Assembly: GCA_963716745.1 (NCBI GenBank)
Contig: OY970320.1
Span: 64,001-128,000 of the forward strand
Reading direction: 5' to 3'
Source: an uncultured Gemmatimonadaceae bacterium
GTDB lineage: Bacteria > Gemmatimonadota > Gemmatimonadetes > Gemmatimonadales > Gemmatimonadaceae
DNA length: 64,000 nucleotides
Below the pieces are notes generated by a model. It had not been told where the DNA came from. It was given only the letters and a program-made list of their open reading frames with translations, and did not search any database. The position numbers were made by a program, and so were the translations under genes. Positions 9,890-20,479 of the stretch are shown here, one piece after another (within the stretch, counting starts at the first letter, position 1; each line of letters begins with the position of its first letter).

Positions 9890-10825
9890 TTGGCCCGTAT
9901 TCAGCGCCGAGCCGGCGACCTCCCGACCCGATCGTTCTGGCAGCGCCTCAAGGACACCGCGCGGCTCGACGTGGGCGCGCTGGTGCGTGGCGAGCGCGTC
10001 GCCGGCTCGCTCGAACTGCTCGAAATGCTGCTGCTCGAAGCGGACTTCGGCGTGCCGGTGAGCGTGCGCCTCGTGGCGGGCGTGGAAGCGCGCGCGAAGC
10101 GCGGTGAGTTGCGGAGCGACGACGAATTCCGGGCGGCCCTCGGCGACGCGATCGAGAGCGCGCTGCGCGCTGGCAAGAGCGATCCGGCGATCGCCGTTGC
10201 CGCCGCGGCGCCGACGGTGATCTTGATCGTTGGCGTGAACGGATCAGGGAAGACGACGTTCATCGGCAAGCTCGCGGCGCGGCTGGCGGCGGAAGGGAAG
10301 TCGGTGCTCGTCGCGGCGGGCGACACCTATCGCGCGGGCGCGATCGACCAGTTGCGCCTCTGGGCGGAGCGCGCTGGCGCGCAGTTCGTCGGCAGTACGC
10401 CGGGCGGCGATCCGGCCGCCGTCGCCTGGGCGGCGCTCGACGCGGCCGCCGCTCGGGGCATCGACGTCGTGATCATCGATACCGCGGGGCGACTGCACAC
10501 GCAGAACGATCTCATGGTCGAACTCAAGAAGGTCGCGACGGTGGTGGCGAAGCGGCTCCCCGGGGCGCCGCACGAAACCCTGCTCGTGCTCGATGGCACG
10601 ATCGGCCAGAACGCGGTGGCGCAGGCGAAGGCATTCGCCGAGGCCGTGCCAGTCACTGGCGTCGTCGTGACGAAGATGGATGGCACGGCGAAGGGCGGGA
10701 TCGTGCTCGCGGTGCACGAAGCGCTCGACGTGCCGGTGAAGTTCGTAGGCGTCGGCGAGCAGGCCGCGGACCTCGAGCCGTTCGATGCCGCGCGCTACGC
10801 CGCGGAGCTCGTGCGCGCCGACTGA
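9890..10825 (+). CDS. ftsY: Signal recognition particle receptor FtsY
   Basis: GVNGSGKTT, DTYRAGA, DTAGR, TKMDGTAKGG; TTG start chosen tentatively. Confidence 0.95.
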   Translation: MARIQRRAGDLPTRSFWQRLKDTARLDVGALVRGERVAGSLELLEMLLLEADFGVPVSVRLVAGVEARAKRGELRSDDEFRAALGDAIESALRAGKSDPAIAVAAAAPTVILIVGVNGSGKTTFIGKLAARLAAEGKSVLVAAGDTYRAGAIDQLRLWAERAGAQFVGSTPGGDPAAVAWAALDAAAARGIDVVIIDTAGRLHTQNDLMVELKKVATVVAKRLPGAPHETLLVLDGTIGQNAVAQAKAFAEAVPVTGVVVTKMDGTAKGGIVLAVHEALDVPVKFVGVGEQAADLEPFDAARYAAELVRAD

Positions 10826-12919
10826 TGCCGCCGCGTGAGGCCGCGCCGCGTCCGGCGCTCGCCCTCGACACTGGCGTCCGGTACCTCAAGGGCGTGGGCG
10901 AGGTGCGCGCCGGCCAGTTGATGCGGCTCGGTCTTCGCACCGCCGGCGATCTGCTCTACCACCTGCCGCACCGCTATGAGGACGCGACCACGGTCACGCC
11001 CATCGCGCGCCTCGCCACCGGCATGGACGTCACGATCATCGGAACGGTGATCTCCAAGGGGATCATCCCCACCCGCAAGGCGCTGCGCGTGTTCCAGGCG
11101 GTGGTGCGCGACGACAGCGGCATGATCGAGGTCGCGTGGCCCGGGCAGCCCTTCCTCGACCGCGTCATCCAGAAGGAGGACGTGCTGCTGCTCACGGGCC
11201 CGGTGCGCTTCTACCATGGGCGCCAGCTCGCGCCGCGCGAGTTCGTGAACCTCGGCGCGAACGCCGAGGGAACGAGTGGCGGGCGCGTGCTCGCGGTGTA
11301 TCCGGCCACCGAGGGGCTGTCGTTCAAGCAGATCCGCACGCTCATCGAGACGCATCTCGACGCGCTGCTGCCGCTCGCGCGCGAATGGCTGCCCGCGCCT
11401 CTGCTCGCGGCGGCAGGCGTCCCGGCGCTGCCCGAGGCGCTGCGCATGGTGCATCGCCCAACGTCGGTGGCGGAGGCGCACCGCGGGCGCAGCCGGTTCG
11501 CGTTCGAGGAACTCTTTGCGGTGCAGCTGCTGCATCATCGCGCCCGGGCGCTCGCACGCGAACAGCGCGACGGCATCCGCTTCGTGAACCGCCGCGAACT
11601 CACGACGCGGCTGAAGGCGACGCTCCCCTTCGCGCTCACCGGCGCTCAGACGCGCGTGACGCGCGAGATCTTCGCCGACATGTGCAGCGAGCGCCGCATG
11701 CACCGGCTGCTCCAGGGCGACGTCGGGAGCGGCAAGACGATCGTCGCGCTTTTCGCAGCGCTGCTCGCGGTGGAGAACGGCATGCAAGCGGCGTTCATGG
11801 CGCCCACCGAACTGCTCGCCGAGCAGCACGCGCGCAATTTCGAGCGCTTGCTCGATCCGCTCGGGATGCGCCCCGTGCTGCTCACCGGATCGCTCGGGAC
11901 GGCGGAGCGGAAGGAGGCCGAGGCCCGCCTCGCCGAGCGCGGCGCCGCTCGTGGCGGTGGGCACGCACGCGCTCGTGCAACAGCACACGGCATTCGGCCG
12001 GCTCGGCCTCGCGGTGATCGACGAGCAGCATCGCTTCGGCGTGGAGCAGCGCGCGGCGCTCGGCGAGAAGGGGAAGCGCCCCGACGTGCTGTTGCTCAGC
12101 GCGACGCCCATTCCGCGGTCGCTCGCGCTCACGATCTACGGCGATCTGGATGTGAGCACGCTCGACGAGCGGCCGCCCGGGCGCCACCCGGTACGCACCG
12201 CGATGCGTCCCGCCAAGGCGCGCGGCAGCGTGATGGATTTCGTGGACGCCGAGGTCGGACGCGGACGGCAGGCGTACATCGTGTATCCGGTGATCGAGGA
12301 ATCGGAGACGCGCGATCTCAAGGCTGCCACGAGCATGGCCAAGTCGCTCGCGGCCGGCGTGTTCGCGGCGCGGCGCGTGGCGCTGTTGCACGGCAAGATC
12401 CCGGCCGTGGAGCGCGACGCGATCATGCGGCAGTTCCGCGACGGCGCGATCGACGTGCTCGTCGCGACCACGGTGATCGAAGTGGGCATCGATGTGCCGA
12501 ACGCCACCGTGATGATCGTGGAGCATCCGGAGCGCTTCGGTCTCTCGCAGTTGCATCAATTGCGCGGCCGCGTGGGGCGCGGCGCGGAGGCGAGCTGGTG
12601 CGTGCTGCTCGGCGACGTGAGCCCCGACGTGCATGAGCGGCTGCGCGTGTTCGTGGAGACCGACGACGGCTTCGAGATCGCGCGCGAGGACTTGAGCCGC
12701 CGCGGGATGGGCGACCTCTTCGGCGAGCGCCAGCACGGAGAGGCGATGTTCAAGATCGCGGACCCGATACGGGATACGGAACTCAACGCGCTCGCGACCA
12801 CCGCGGCGGCTGAGCTGCTCGCGAAGGATCCAGGCCTGGCATCCCCCGAGCACGCCGAGCTTCGCCGGAGGCTTGGTGAGCGCTATGCTCGCGCCATCGA
12901 ACTATTTCGCGTGGGGTAG
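10825..12919 (+). CDS. recG: ATP-dependent DNA helicase RecG; apparent +1 frameshift near 11941
   Basis: LLQGDVGSGKT in ORF 10825; GTHAL, DEQHRFGV, SATPIPR, QLHQLRGRVGRG in ORF 11951. Confidence 0.95.
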
Positions 12920-12930
12920 TCGCGGTTCCG

Positions 12931-13009
12931 ATCATGTCAATCCTGTTAATCCTGTCCAATGCTTTTTTCGGTGAACTGCATTGGACAGGATGAACAAGAT
13001 TGACATGAT
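12931..13009. repeat. Palindromic intergenic repeat, copy 1 (32-bp arms built of 9-bp subrepeats)
   Basis: 12931-12962 pairs with 12978-13009 (30/32); related copy at 53068-53155. Confidence 0.9.
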
Positions 13010-13025
13010 GTGAACGGCAACAGCG

Positions 13026-13054
13026 TTGAAGTACTCCTGGCAGAGGACTACCTT
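13026..13054 (+). promoter_or_regulatory. sigma70-like promoter of asnS
   Basis: TTGAAG-N17-TACCTT, 12 nt before the ATG. Confidence 0.55.
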
Positions 13055-13066
13055 CCCCGATCCTAT

Positions 13067-14369
13067 ATGACAACGACATTCGCGCGTATCGATGAATTGA
13101 AGGATCATGCCGGCACCACGGTCACGGTGCGCGGCTGGGTGTCCCATCTCCGGTCGTCGGGGAAGATCGCGTTCATCGTCCTGCGCGACGGCACCGGGCT
13201 GTTGCAGTGCGTCGTCGTGAAGAGCGAAGTGAGCGCCGACGTCTGGGAGCGGTTCGGTGCGCTCACGATCGAATCGTCGGCCGCGGTCACCGGTGCGGTG
13301 CGCGCCGATGCGCGAGCGCCGGGCGGATTCGAGCTCGGCGTCTCGGCGCTCACGATCGTGGGCGCGAGTGCCGCTCGACTATCCGATCCAGCCGAAGGAA
13401 CACGGCGTCGATTTCCTGCTCGACAATCGCCACCTGTGGCTGCGGGCGCAGCGGCAGCGCGCCATCGCGCGCGTGCGCAACGAGGTGGAGCAGGCGATCC
13501 ACGATTTCTTCTATGAGCGCGGCTTCCTGCGCGTAGACACGCCGATCCTCACAGCGGCCATCGGCGAGCGATCCGGTCTGTTCGCCACCGAATACTTCGA
13601 CGAGGGGAACGCGTACCTCGCGCAGACTGGTCAGCTGTACGGCGAGGCGGCGGCCGCGGCGTGGGGGAAGATCTACACCTTCGGCCCCACGTTCCGCGCC
13701 GAGAAATCCAAGACGCGCCGGCATCTCACCGAATTCTGGATGATCGAGCCGGAGGTCGCGTGGAATGATTCGAATGACAACATGCGCCTGCAGGAAGACT
13801 TCGTCAGCTATCTCGTGCAGCGTGCGCTCGAGCGTTGCCCTGCGGAACTCAAGGAGCTCGAGCGCGACACCTCGCACCTGGTCAAGATCAAGCCGCCCTT
13901 CCCGCGACTGAACTACACCGACGCGATCGCGCTCGTGCAGAAGAAGGGGAGCACGACGCAATGGGGCGAGGACCTCGGTGCCGAGGATGAAGCGCTGATC
14001 GTCGCGGACTACGACCGGCCGGTGTTCGTGTTCAACTATCCGAAGGAGGCCAAGGCCTTCTACATGAAGGAGAACCCGGACGATCCGCGCACGGTGCTCT
14101 GCGATGACCTGCTCGCGCCCGAGGGATACGGCGAGATCATTGGCGGCAGCCAGCGCGAGGACGATCACGACAAGCTCGTCGCGCGCATCGAGGCCGAGAG
14201 ACTCCCGATGGACGCGTACGGCTGGTATCTCGATCTCCGGAAGTACGGCACGTTCACGCACGCCGGCTTCGGACTGGGTCTCGAGCGCACGGTCAGCTGG
14301 ATCTGCGGATTGCCGCATCTCCGCGAAGCGATCGCGTTCCCGAGGATGATGAATCGACTGCGTCCATAG
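13067..14369 (+). CDS. asnS: Asparagine--tRNA ligase; apparent +1 frameshift near 13367-13370
   Basis: OB-fold start (VRGWV, FIVLRDG); [45 protein letters not shown]. Confidence 0.95.
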
Positions 14370-14371
14370 GG

Positions 14372-14481
14372 CGCGGGAAGCGGGAAGCGGGAAGCGGGAA
14401 GCGCCGCGGGAGGCGATGGCATGGGGGAGCACCCCGTTCGTTCTCGCTTCCCGCGGCGCTTCCCGCTTCCCGCTTGCCGCG
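14372..14481. repeat. GCGGGAA heptamer tandem array with inverted counterpart; probable bidirectional terminator
   Basis: (GCGGGAA)x4 at 14373-14400 and complementary TTCCCGC units at about 14444-14481, between convergent asnS and mazG. Confidence 0.8.
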
Positions 14482-14484
14482 TAC

Positions 14485-15276
14485 TTATTCGGAGAGCTTC
14501 ACCTCGTCCCACAGCACGTCGAGCTCCGCGAGCGTCGCCTCGCCCATGACGATCCCTCGCGATTTCGCGAGCGCTTCGAGCTTTTCGAATCGCGCCACGA
14601 ATTTCTCGTTCGCGCGGTCGAGCGCCACCGACGCGTGAACGCCGGCCCGGCGCGCGAGATTCACGGCCGCGAACAGCAAGTCGCCGATCTCGAGCTCCAG
14701 CGCGCGGTGCGCCTCGTCGTACACCGGGCTCGCGTCCACGCCGTCGGTGCGCTGCGTCGGCGGATGAGCAGCCAGATGCTCGCGCACTTCGGCGAGTTCC
14801 TCTTCCACCTTCGCGGCGGGGCCGGCGGTGTCGTTCCAGTCGAAGCCCACGCCGGCGGCGCGTTCCTGAAGGCGATGCGCGCGGTGCAGGGCGGGGAGCC
14901 CGGCCGGCAGCCCCTCGGCGATCGACGCGCGCGACTTGGACTTCATCTTCTCCCACGGCTCGCGCGCGCCGCCGCCATACAGGTGCGGATGACGCCGCTG
15001 CATCTTCGCGATGAGCGCGCGCGGCACGTCGAGCGCCTGGAATTCGCCGGCACCTTCCGCGATCACCGCGTGGAAGAGCACCTGCAGCAAGAGGTCGCCC
15101 AGTTCATCGCGCATCGGGCCGGCGTCGCCCGCGCGGATCGCGTCGTCCAGCTCGTGCGCTTCCTCGATCAGGTACGGCCGCAGCGAGTCGTGCGTCTGCG
15201 CGCGGTCCCATTCGCACCGCGCGCGCAGGTCGCGCATCATCGCGAGCGCGTCGTCGAATGTCGGATTATCTTCCAT
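14485..15276 (-). CDS. mazG: Nucleoside triphosphate pyrophosphohydrolase MazG
   Basis: CEWDRAQT, EEAHEL, ELGDLL, RRHPH, GFDW, EIGDLLF; SD AGGAGG upstream. Confidence 0.93.
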   Translation of the reverse strand: MEDNPTFDDALAMMRDLRARCEWDRAQTHDSLRPYLIEEAHELDDAIRAGDAGPMRDELGDLLLQVLFHAVIAEGAGEFQALDVPRALIAKMQRRHPHLYGGGAREPWEKMKSKSRASIAEGLPAGLPALHRAHRLQERAAGVGFDWNDTAGPAAKVEEELAEVREHLAAHPPTQRTDGVDASPVYDEAHRALELEIGDLLFAAVNLARRAGVHASVALDRANEKFVARFEKLEALAKSRGIVMGEATLAELDVLWDEVKLSE

Positions 15277-15323
15277 CGCTCCTCCTGAGCCGACATACTA
15301 CCCGTTCGAGCGATGACGCGTCA

Positions 15324-16401
15324 ATGCATACGCACTTGAAACGCGCCTGGGTCGAGATCGACCTCGGCGCGTTGCTGCGGAATGGAGCCGTGATGGCGGC
15401 GCGCGGGGCCGCGCTCATCCCCATGGTGAAGGGAGACGCGTACGGTCTCGGCGCGGTGCGCGTGGCGCGCGCGCTCGACCGCCTCGATCCATGGGGGTTC
15501 GGCGTCGCCACGATCGAGGAGGGCCGTGCGCTGCGCGCGGCGGGCATCGACCGGCCCATCATCGTGTTCACACCGGTGACCGGCTCGGAGCTCGACGACA
15601 TCCGCGCCGCGCGCCTCACGCCGATCCTCGCGCGCGCCGAGGACATCGCAGCATGGCGCGGCACCGGCGGGGGCGAGTGGCAGCTCTCGATCGACACCGG
15701 CATGGGCCGCGACGGCGTGCGGTGGAGCGCGATGGCGAACGTGCTCGCGGAGACCGCGCTCTCCGCGCCGCAGGGCGCGTACACGCACTTCCATTCGTCA
15801 GAGGCGGACGCCGCGTCGGTCGCGGAGCAAGAGCGCCGCTTCGAGAATGGCGCTCGGCAGCCTACGCGTGCGGCCGCGGATGCTCCACACCGAGAATTCG
15901 GCCGCGCTCGCGCGCCGCGATCGCTCGGCGTGGAGTCACGCGCGCCCCGGGATCTTCCTGTATGGCGTGGGGAGCGGGCTTGCGGTGAGAGTGGCGCCTG
16001 AGCCGGTGGTCAGTTTGCGCGCCCGCATCGTGTCGATGCGCACGGTTTCAGCGGGCGATACCGTGAGTTATGACGCCACCTGGCGCGCGGGCGGCGAGCG
16101 CACGATCGCGACCGCCGCGATCGGTTACGCCGACGGCTATCGCCGTGCGTTCAGCGGCAAGGGTGCGGCGCTTCTGGGTGGCCGGCGCGTGTCGGTGGCG
16201 GGCGTGGTCACAATGGACATGACGATGCTCGACGTCACCGGCGTTCCGTGTGCGGTGGGCGATGTCGCGACGTTCATCGGTCGCGATGGCGCGAGCCTGA
16301 TCACCGTCGAAGATGCCGCGGTGCTGGGCGGGCTCTCGCCGTACGAATTGCTCACGGGACTTTCACAGCGCCTCGAGCACAGCTACCGCGAGGCGCCATA
16401 G
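15324..16401 (+). CDS. alr: Alanine racemase; apparent +1 frameshift near 15846
   Basis: WVEIDL, VKGDAYG (PLP lysine), DTGMGR, RPGIFLYG, IGYADG, VTMDM. Confidence 0.93.
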
Positions 16402-17566
16402 TGCGCCGCGCGGCGATCGTCGTGCTCGACGGCGTGGGCATCGGCGAGGCGCCCGACGCCGCGGCCTACGGCGACCAGGGCAGCGACACGCTCGGCAACA
16501 TCGCGCGCGCGGTGGGCGGGCTCGATCTGCCCAACCTCGCCGCGGCGGGCCTCGGCCGCATCAAACCGCTCGCGGGAGTGCCCGCGGTGGATCATCCGCG
16601 TGGCGCGTGGGGATCCATGACGCCCCGGTCGCACGGGAAGGACAGCACCACGGGGCATTGGGAGATCGCCGGCCTCGAGCTCGTGCGCGCGTTCCCGACC
16701 TTCCCGCCGGATTCCCGCCGGCGGTCATCGCGGAGTTCGAGAAGCGCACCGGGCGCGGTGTGCTCGCGAACGTCGCGGCGAGCGGCACCGAGATCCTCAT
16801 GCGATTCGGCGAGGAGCACGAACGCACCGGAAAATGGATCGTCTACACGTCGGCCGACTCCGTTTTCCAGGTGGCGGCGCACGAGCGGGTGGTGCCACTC
16901 GATGAGCTGTATCGCGCCTGCGAGACCGCACGGGCGATGCTCGTTGCGCCGCTGGATGTGTCGCGCGTGATCGCCCGCCCGTTCACCGGAGCCGCGGGCG
17001 CGTACGTTCGCACGGCCAACCGGCGGGACTTCTCGATCCCGCCGACGGGTGAGACGCTGCTGGACGCTCTGGCCGCCGCCGGGATCCCGCGCACGGGGGT
17101 CGGCAAGGTGGACGATCTCTTCGCAGGGCGGGGCATCAGCTCGCGCCATACGGCCTCGAACGCCGAGGGCGTGCGGGCGATCTCCGACGCACTTCTTTCG
17201 ATGGAGAGTGGGTTCCTGTTCGCCAACCTAGTAGATTTCGACCAGCTCTGGGGGCACCGGAACGACGTAGCGGGGTTCTATGAGGGACTCCGCGCGTTCG
17301 ACCGCGCCCTCCCATCGCTGGTGCAGCTGCTTCGCGAGGATGATTTGTTCTTTCTGACGGCCGACCACGGCAACGATCCCACCACTCCGACAAGCGATCA
17401 CGCGCGCGAGCGCGTTCCGCTGCTCGCCCTCGGGCCGCGCGTGCGCGCGATCTCGCTGGGCGCGCGCGCGACCTTCGCGGACCTGGGTGCGACGGTCGCT
17501 GAGTGGCTTGGGTTGTCGTTCCGCGGCACGGGCACCTCGTTCCTTGCGCCGCTCGTGGGCGCGTGA
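16401..17566 (+). CDS. deoB: Phosphopentomutase; apparent 1-nt deletion near 16703-16705
   Basis: [42 protein letters not shown]. Confidence 0.93.
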
Positions 17567-17973
17567 CGGCGGATCCGGGGCTCGACCGTTTGCGCGAGTC
17601 GGCATCGAAAGCGATGCGCGCCGCGTATGCGCCATACTCCGGCTTCCGCGTGGGTGCGGCGCTGGAGGCGCGCGATGGGTCGGTATTCGCGGGCTGCAAC
17701 GTGGAGAACGCGAGCTGGCCCGCGGGGATCTGCGCGGAGCGCGGGGCGGTGGCGGCGGCCGTCGCGTCGGGCGCGCGGCACTTCGCACGGATCGTGATCG
17801 TCACGGAGGCTTCGTCGGCCACGCCGCCGTGCGGGATCTGCCGGCAAGTGCTGGGCGAGCTGGCGCCCGAACTCGAAGTGATCAGTTGCACCCTTGCCGG
17901 GTCGGAGGCGCGCTGGAAGCTGGCGGCACTCCTTCCGCATCCATTCACCGCCGCATCGCTGGGTCGCGCGTGA
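17563..17973 (+). CDS. cdd: Cytidine deaminase
   Basis: AYAPYS, VGAA, NVENAS, CAER, PCGICRQ. Confidence 0.95.
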   Translation: MTADPGLDRLRESASKAMRAAYAPYSGFRVGAALEARDGSVFAGCNVENASWPAGICAERGAVAAAVASGARHFARIVIVTEASSATPPCGICRQVLGELAPELEVISCTLAGSEARWKLAALLPHPFTAASLGRA

Positions 17974-18010
17974 TCCCGGCTATCACACGATTCGTTCCGG
18001 AGAGTCTGTC

Positions 18011-19345
18011 TTGTTGAGTAGATCTCATTCGCTGGCGGTCCTCGCGATCGCCGCCTTGGCGTTGGGTGCCTGTCAGGAGAAGCTGACCGGGGGGAACGCC
18101 TGCCCGTCGCTTTGCACCGAGCAGACGGTCGGCTTCGTCGATACCGTGTTCACCGCGGATCAAGTGATCGACACGATGCTCACGCTGCCGGGGCTCCCAT
18201 CGATCGGGACCGAGCCTGGCATCCTGCTCGCGCGGTATGCGCAGAACGGTGATTCGGTCGTCTCGGTTGGCGTGTTCCGCTTCGACTCGATCAACCGGAG
18301 CTTCCTGCCGGCCGATACCGCTTCGCCTCCCGTCCCGTTGACCTCGGCCGACTCGTCGTTCCTGTCGCTCACGGTCACGGGCGCGCTCGACACGATCAAT
18401 GTGCAAGACACGGTCGTGTTCACCGCGTACAACGTGTACGCGAACGTGCCATACCTCGACACGGGCGTCGTGCACGCCAAGTTCTTGGGCACGCCGATCG
18501 GCACGGTCAGCGTGCCGCGCGATTCCGTCACCGGGATCCTGAAGATCCCGATCGATACGTTGTTGGTCACGCAGGCGATCCTGACCAACACTCCCGTGAA
18601 CATCGGGATCAGCGTGTCGAGCAAGAAACGGGTGAATCTCACGGTGCTTGCCTCCGAGGGCACGCCGAACGGCAATGGGGAAGCGGTGCTGAACTATCGC
18701 GGCATCGCGGATACGCTGAAGGAAGGGTTCCGGGTATTCCTGAACACGCAGGTCACGACGTTCGGGCCGCCGATCTCCGCGATGCGCGATTACCAGATGA
18801 GCTTCCAGGGATCTCCGCCCTATCCGGTCGGCGTCCTCGCGGTGGGAGGACTGCCGAGCAATCGCGTACTCGTGCGATTCAAGTTCCCGTCGTGGCTGAT
18901 CGACTCGACTACCACGGTGGTCCGCGCCGACCTCATCCTGAATCAGCAGCCATTCCCGGCCTTCCGCGTCGACAGCGACTCGGTCACGATGAATGGCTGG
19001 CCCGTCACCGCCAGCCCGGCGGTCACGGATCTGGTGAAGATCGGTACGATCATCGGCACCAGCTCGCTCGTGAGCCTGCGACAGGCGTTCCTGCCTCCGT
19101 ACGGCACCGGTGTCGATACGGTCTCGCTGATCCGTGAAGGCGTCGGGACCATCCCGGCGTTCCTCACAATGTTCTCGTACTGGAAGTTCCAGGGCGACCA
19201 GACGCAGCGTGCCATCGTGCTCGCGCTCGCGTCCGAGGGCACGGAACCACGCGAGCTCTGGTTCTACGGCACCTCGGCATCTCCGGCACTGCGGCCAAAA
19301 GTGCATGTGAGCTATGTCCCGCACTCTGTGATCGGTCTCCCGTGA
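18011..19345 (+). CDS. Uncharacterised lipoprotein (beta-rich)
   Basis: Lipobox LGAC after a hydrophobic stretch; CPSLC; start codon approximate. Confidence 0.65.
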   Translation: MLSRSHSLAVLAIAALALGACQEKLTGGNACPSLCTEQTVGFVDTVFTADQVIDTMLTLPGLPSIGTEPGILLARYAQNGDSVVSVGVFRFDSINRSFLPADTASPPVPLTSADSSFLSLTVTGALDTINVQDTVVFTAYNVYANVPYLDTGVVHAKFLGTPIGTVSVPRDSVTGILKIPIDTLLVTQAILTNTPVNIGISVSSKKRVNLTVLASEGTPNGNGEAVLNYRGIADTLKEGFRVFLNTQVTTFGPPISAMRDYQMSFQGSPPYPVGVLAVGGLPSNRVLVRFKFPSWLIDSTTTVVRADLILNQQPFPAFRVDSDSVTMNGWPVTASPAVTDLVKIGTIIGTSSLVSLRQAFLPPYGTGVDTVSLIREGVGTIPAFLTMFSYWKFQGDQTQRAIVLALASEGTEPRELWFYGTSASPALRPKVHVSYVPHSVIGLP

Positions 19346-20475
19346 AGCGATATCGTGTTGTATTGACCGCGCTGGTCGTTGCCGGCGCGGCCAGCGCCGC
19401 CGCACAGGGGACTCTGAGCACGCAGGGCTACGGCTATCCGGCGGGTCCGCTCTCCACGCGGGCGCTCACGCTGGGCGGCTCGGTGAGTGAGCTCGATCCC
19501 ATTAGTGCGGTGAACCCGGCGGCGCTTACGACGTGGGGGCGCTCGGGACTGTACGGCCAGTTCGGTCCGGAGTTCCGCACGGTGACCGCGAACGGCACCA
19601 ACGATGAGTCGACGGTCATTCGCTTCCCGCTCTTCGCGGGAGCGCTGGCCGTGAACGAGCGCCTCATCTTCGGCGTCTCGTTCTCGAATCTGCTCGACCG
19701 CACCTGGCAGACCGAGGTGAAGGGCTACTATCCGGTCGGCGGCGGCGACAGCGTGGCGTACGATCAGCTGTTCAGCTCGAGGGGGGCGATCACGAACGGC
19801 CGGATCGCCGGCGCGTACCGTCTCACGAACACGCTGCGGATCGGCTTCGGATTCCACTTCTACACCGGACAAACGACGCTCGGCATCATCGAGACCTTCG
19901 GCGACTCGACGTTCGCGGGGTTCACCCAGGCGACCGTCGTGAACCTCTCGGGCACGGGCTACAGCGGGGGACTCGCCTGGAGTCCGATCACCACGGTGGC
20001 GATCGGTGTGTCGGGCGAGCTGGGCGGTGTGATGCGCGCGCGCCGGAACGATACGCTCGTGACCAACGCTCATGTTCCCGATCGCGCCGGCGTGAGCATT
20101 CTCTGGGCAGGCATCACCGGCATCAGCGTCTCCGCCGACGCGGAGTGGACGCAATGGTCGGCGATGAACGGGCTCGCCCAGAGCCCGGTGCTCGCGGTGG
20201 ACACGTGGGATTACGGGGTCGGCGCCGAGATCAAGATCGGCGAACTCTCCGGCAATGGCGTGCCGCTCCGATTCGGGTATCGCGTGCGCGGGCTACCCTT
20301 CCAAGCCGATTCGGCGAATGTCACCGAGAGAGTCTTCTCGTTCGGCGGCGGCATCCCGCTCGCGCAGAACCGCGCGCGCATCGACATCGGGGTCCTCCAT
20401 TCGTCGCGCAGTGCGGACCTGCCGGTGAAGGAGAGCGCGTGGACCCTCAGCATCGGCATCCTCGTCCGCCCGTAG
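19342..20475 (+). CDS. Outer-membrane beta-barrel protein (FadL/PorV-like N-terminus)
   Basis: Signal peptide, RALTLGG...NPAAL plug motif, alternating beta-strand pattern. Confidence 0.65.
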   Translation: MKRYRVVLTALVVAGAASAAAQGTLSTQGYGYPAGPLSTRALTLGGSVSELDPISAVNPAALTTWGRSGLYGQFGPEFRTVTANGTNDESTVIRFPLFAGALAVNERLIFGVSFSNLLDRTWQTEVKGYYPVGGGDSVAYDQLFSSRGAITNGRIAGAYRLTNTLRIGFGFHFYTGQTTLGIIETFGDSTFAGFTQATVVNLSGTGYSGGLAWSPITTVAIGVSGELGGVMRARRNDTLVTNAHVPDRAGVSILWAGITGISVSADAEWTQWSAMNGLAQSPVLAVDTWDYGVGAEIKIGELSGNGVPLRFGYRVRGLPFQADSANVTERVFSFGGGIPLAQNRARIDIGVLHSSRSADLPVKESAWTLSIGILVRP

Positions 20476-20479
20476 GCCC

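Noticed and set aside
12931..14481. CRISPR array
   Set aside because: The repeats are inverted or short tandem units with no repeat-spacer periodicity, and there are no cas genes.
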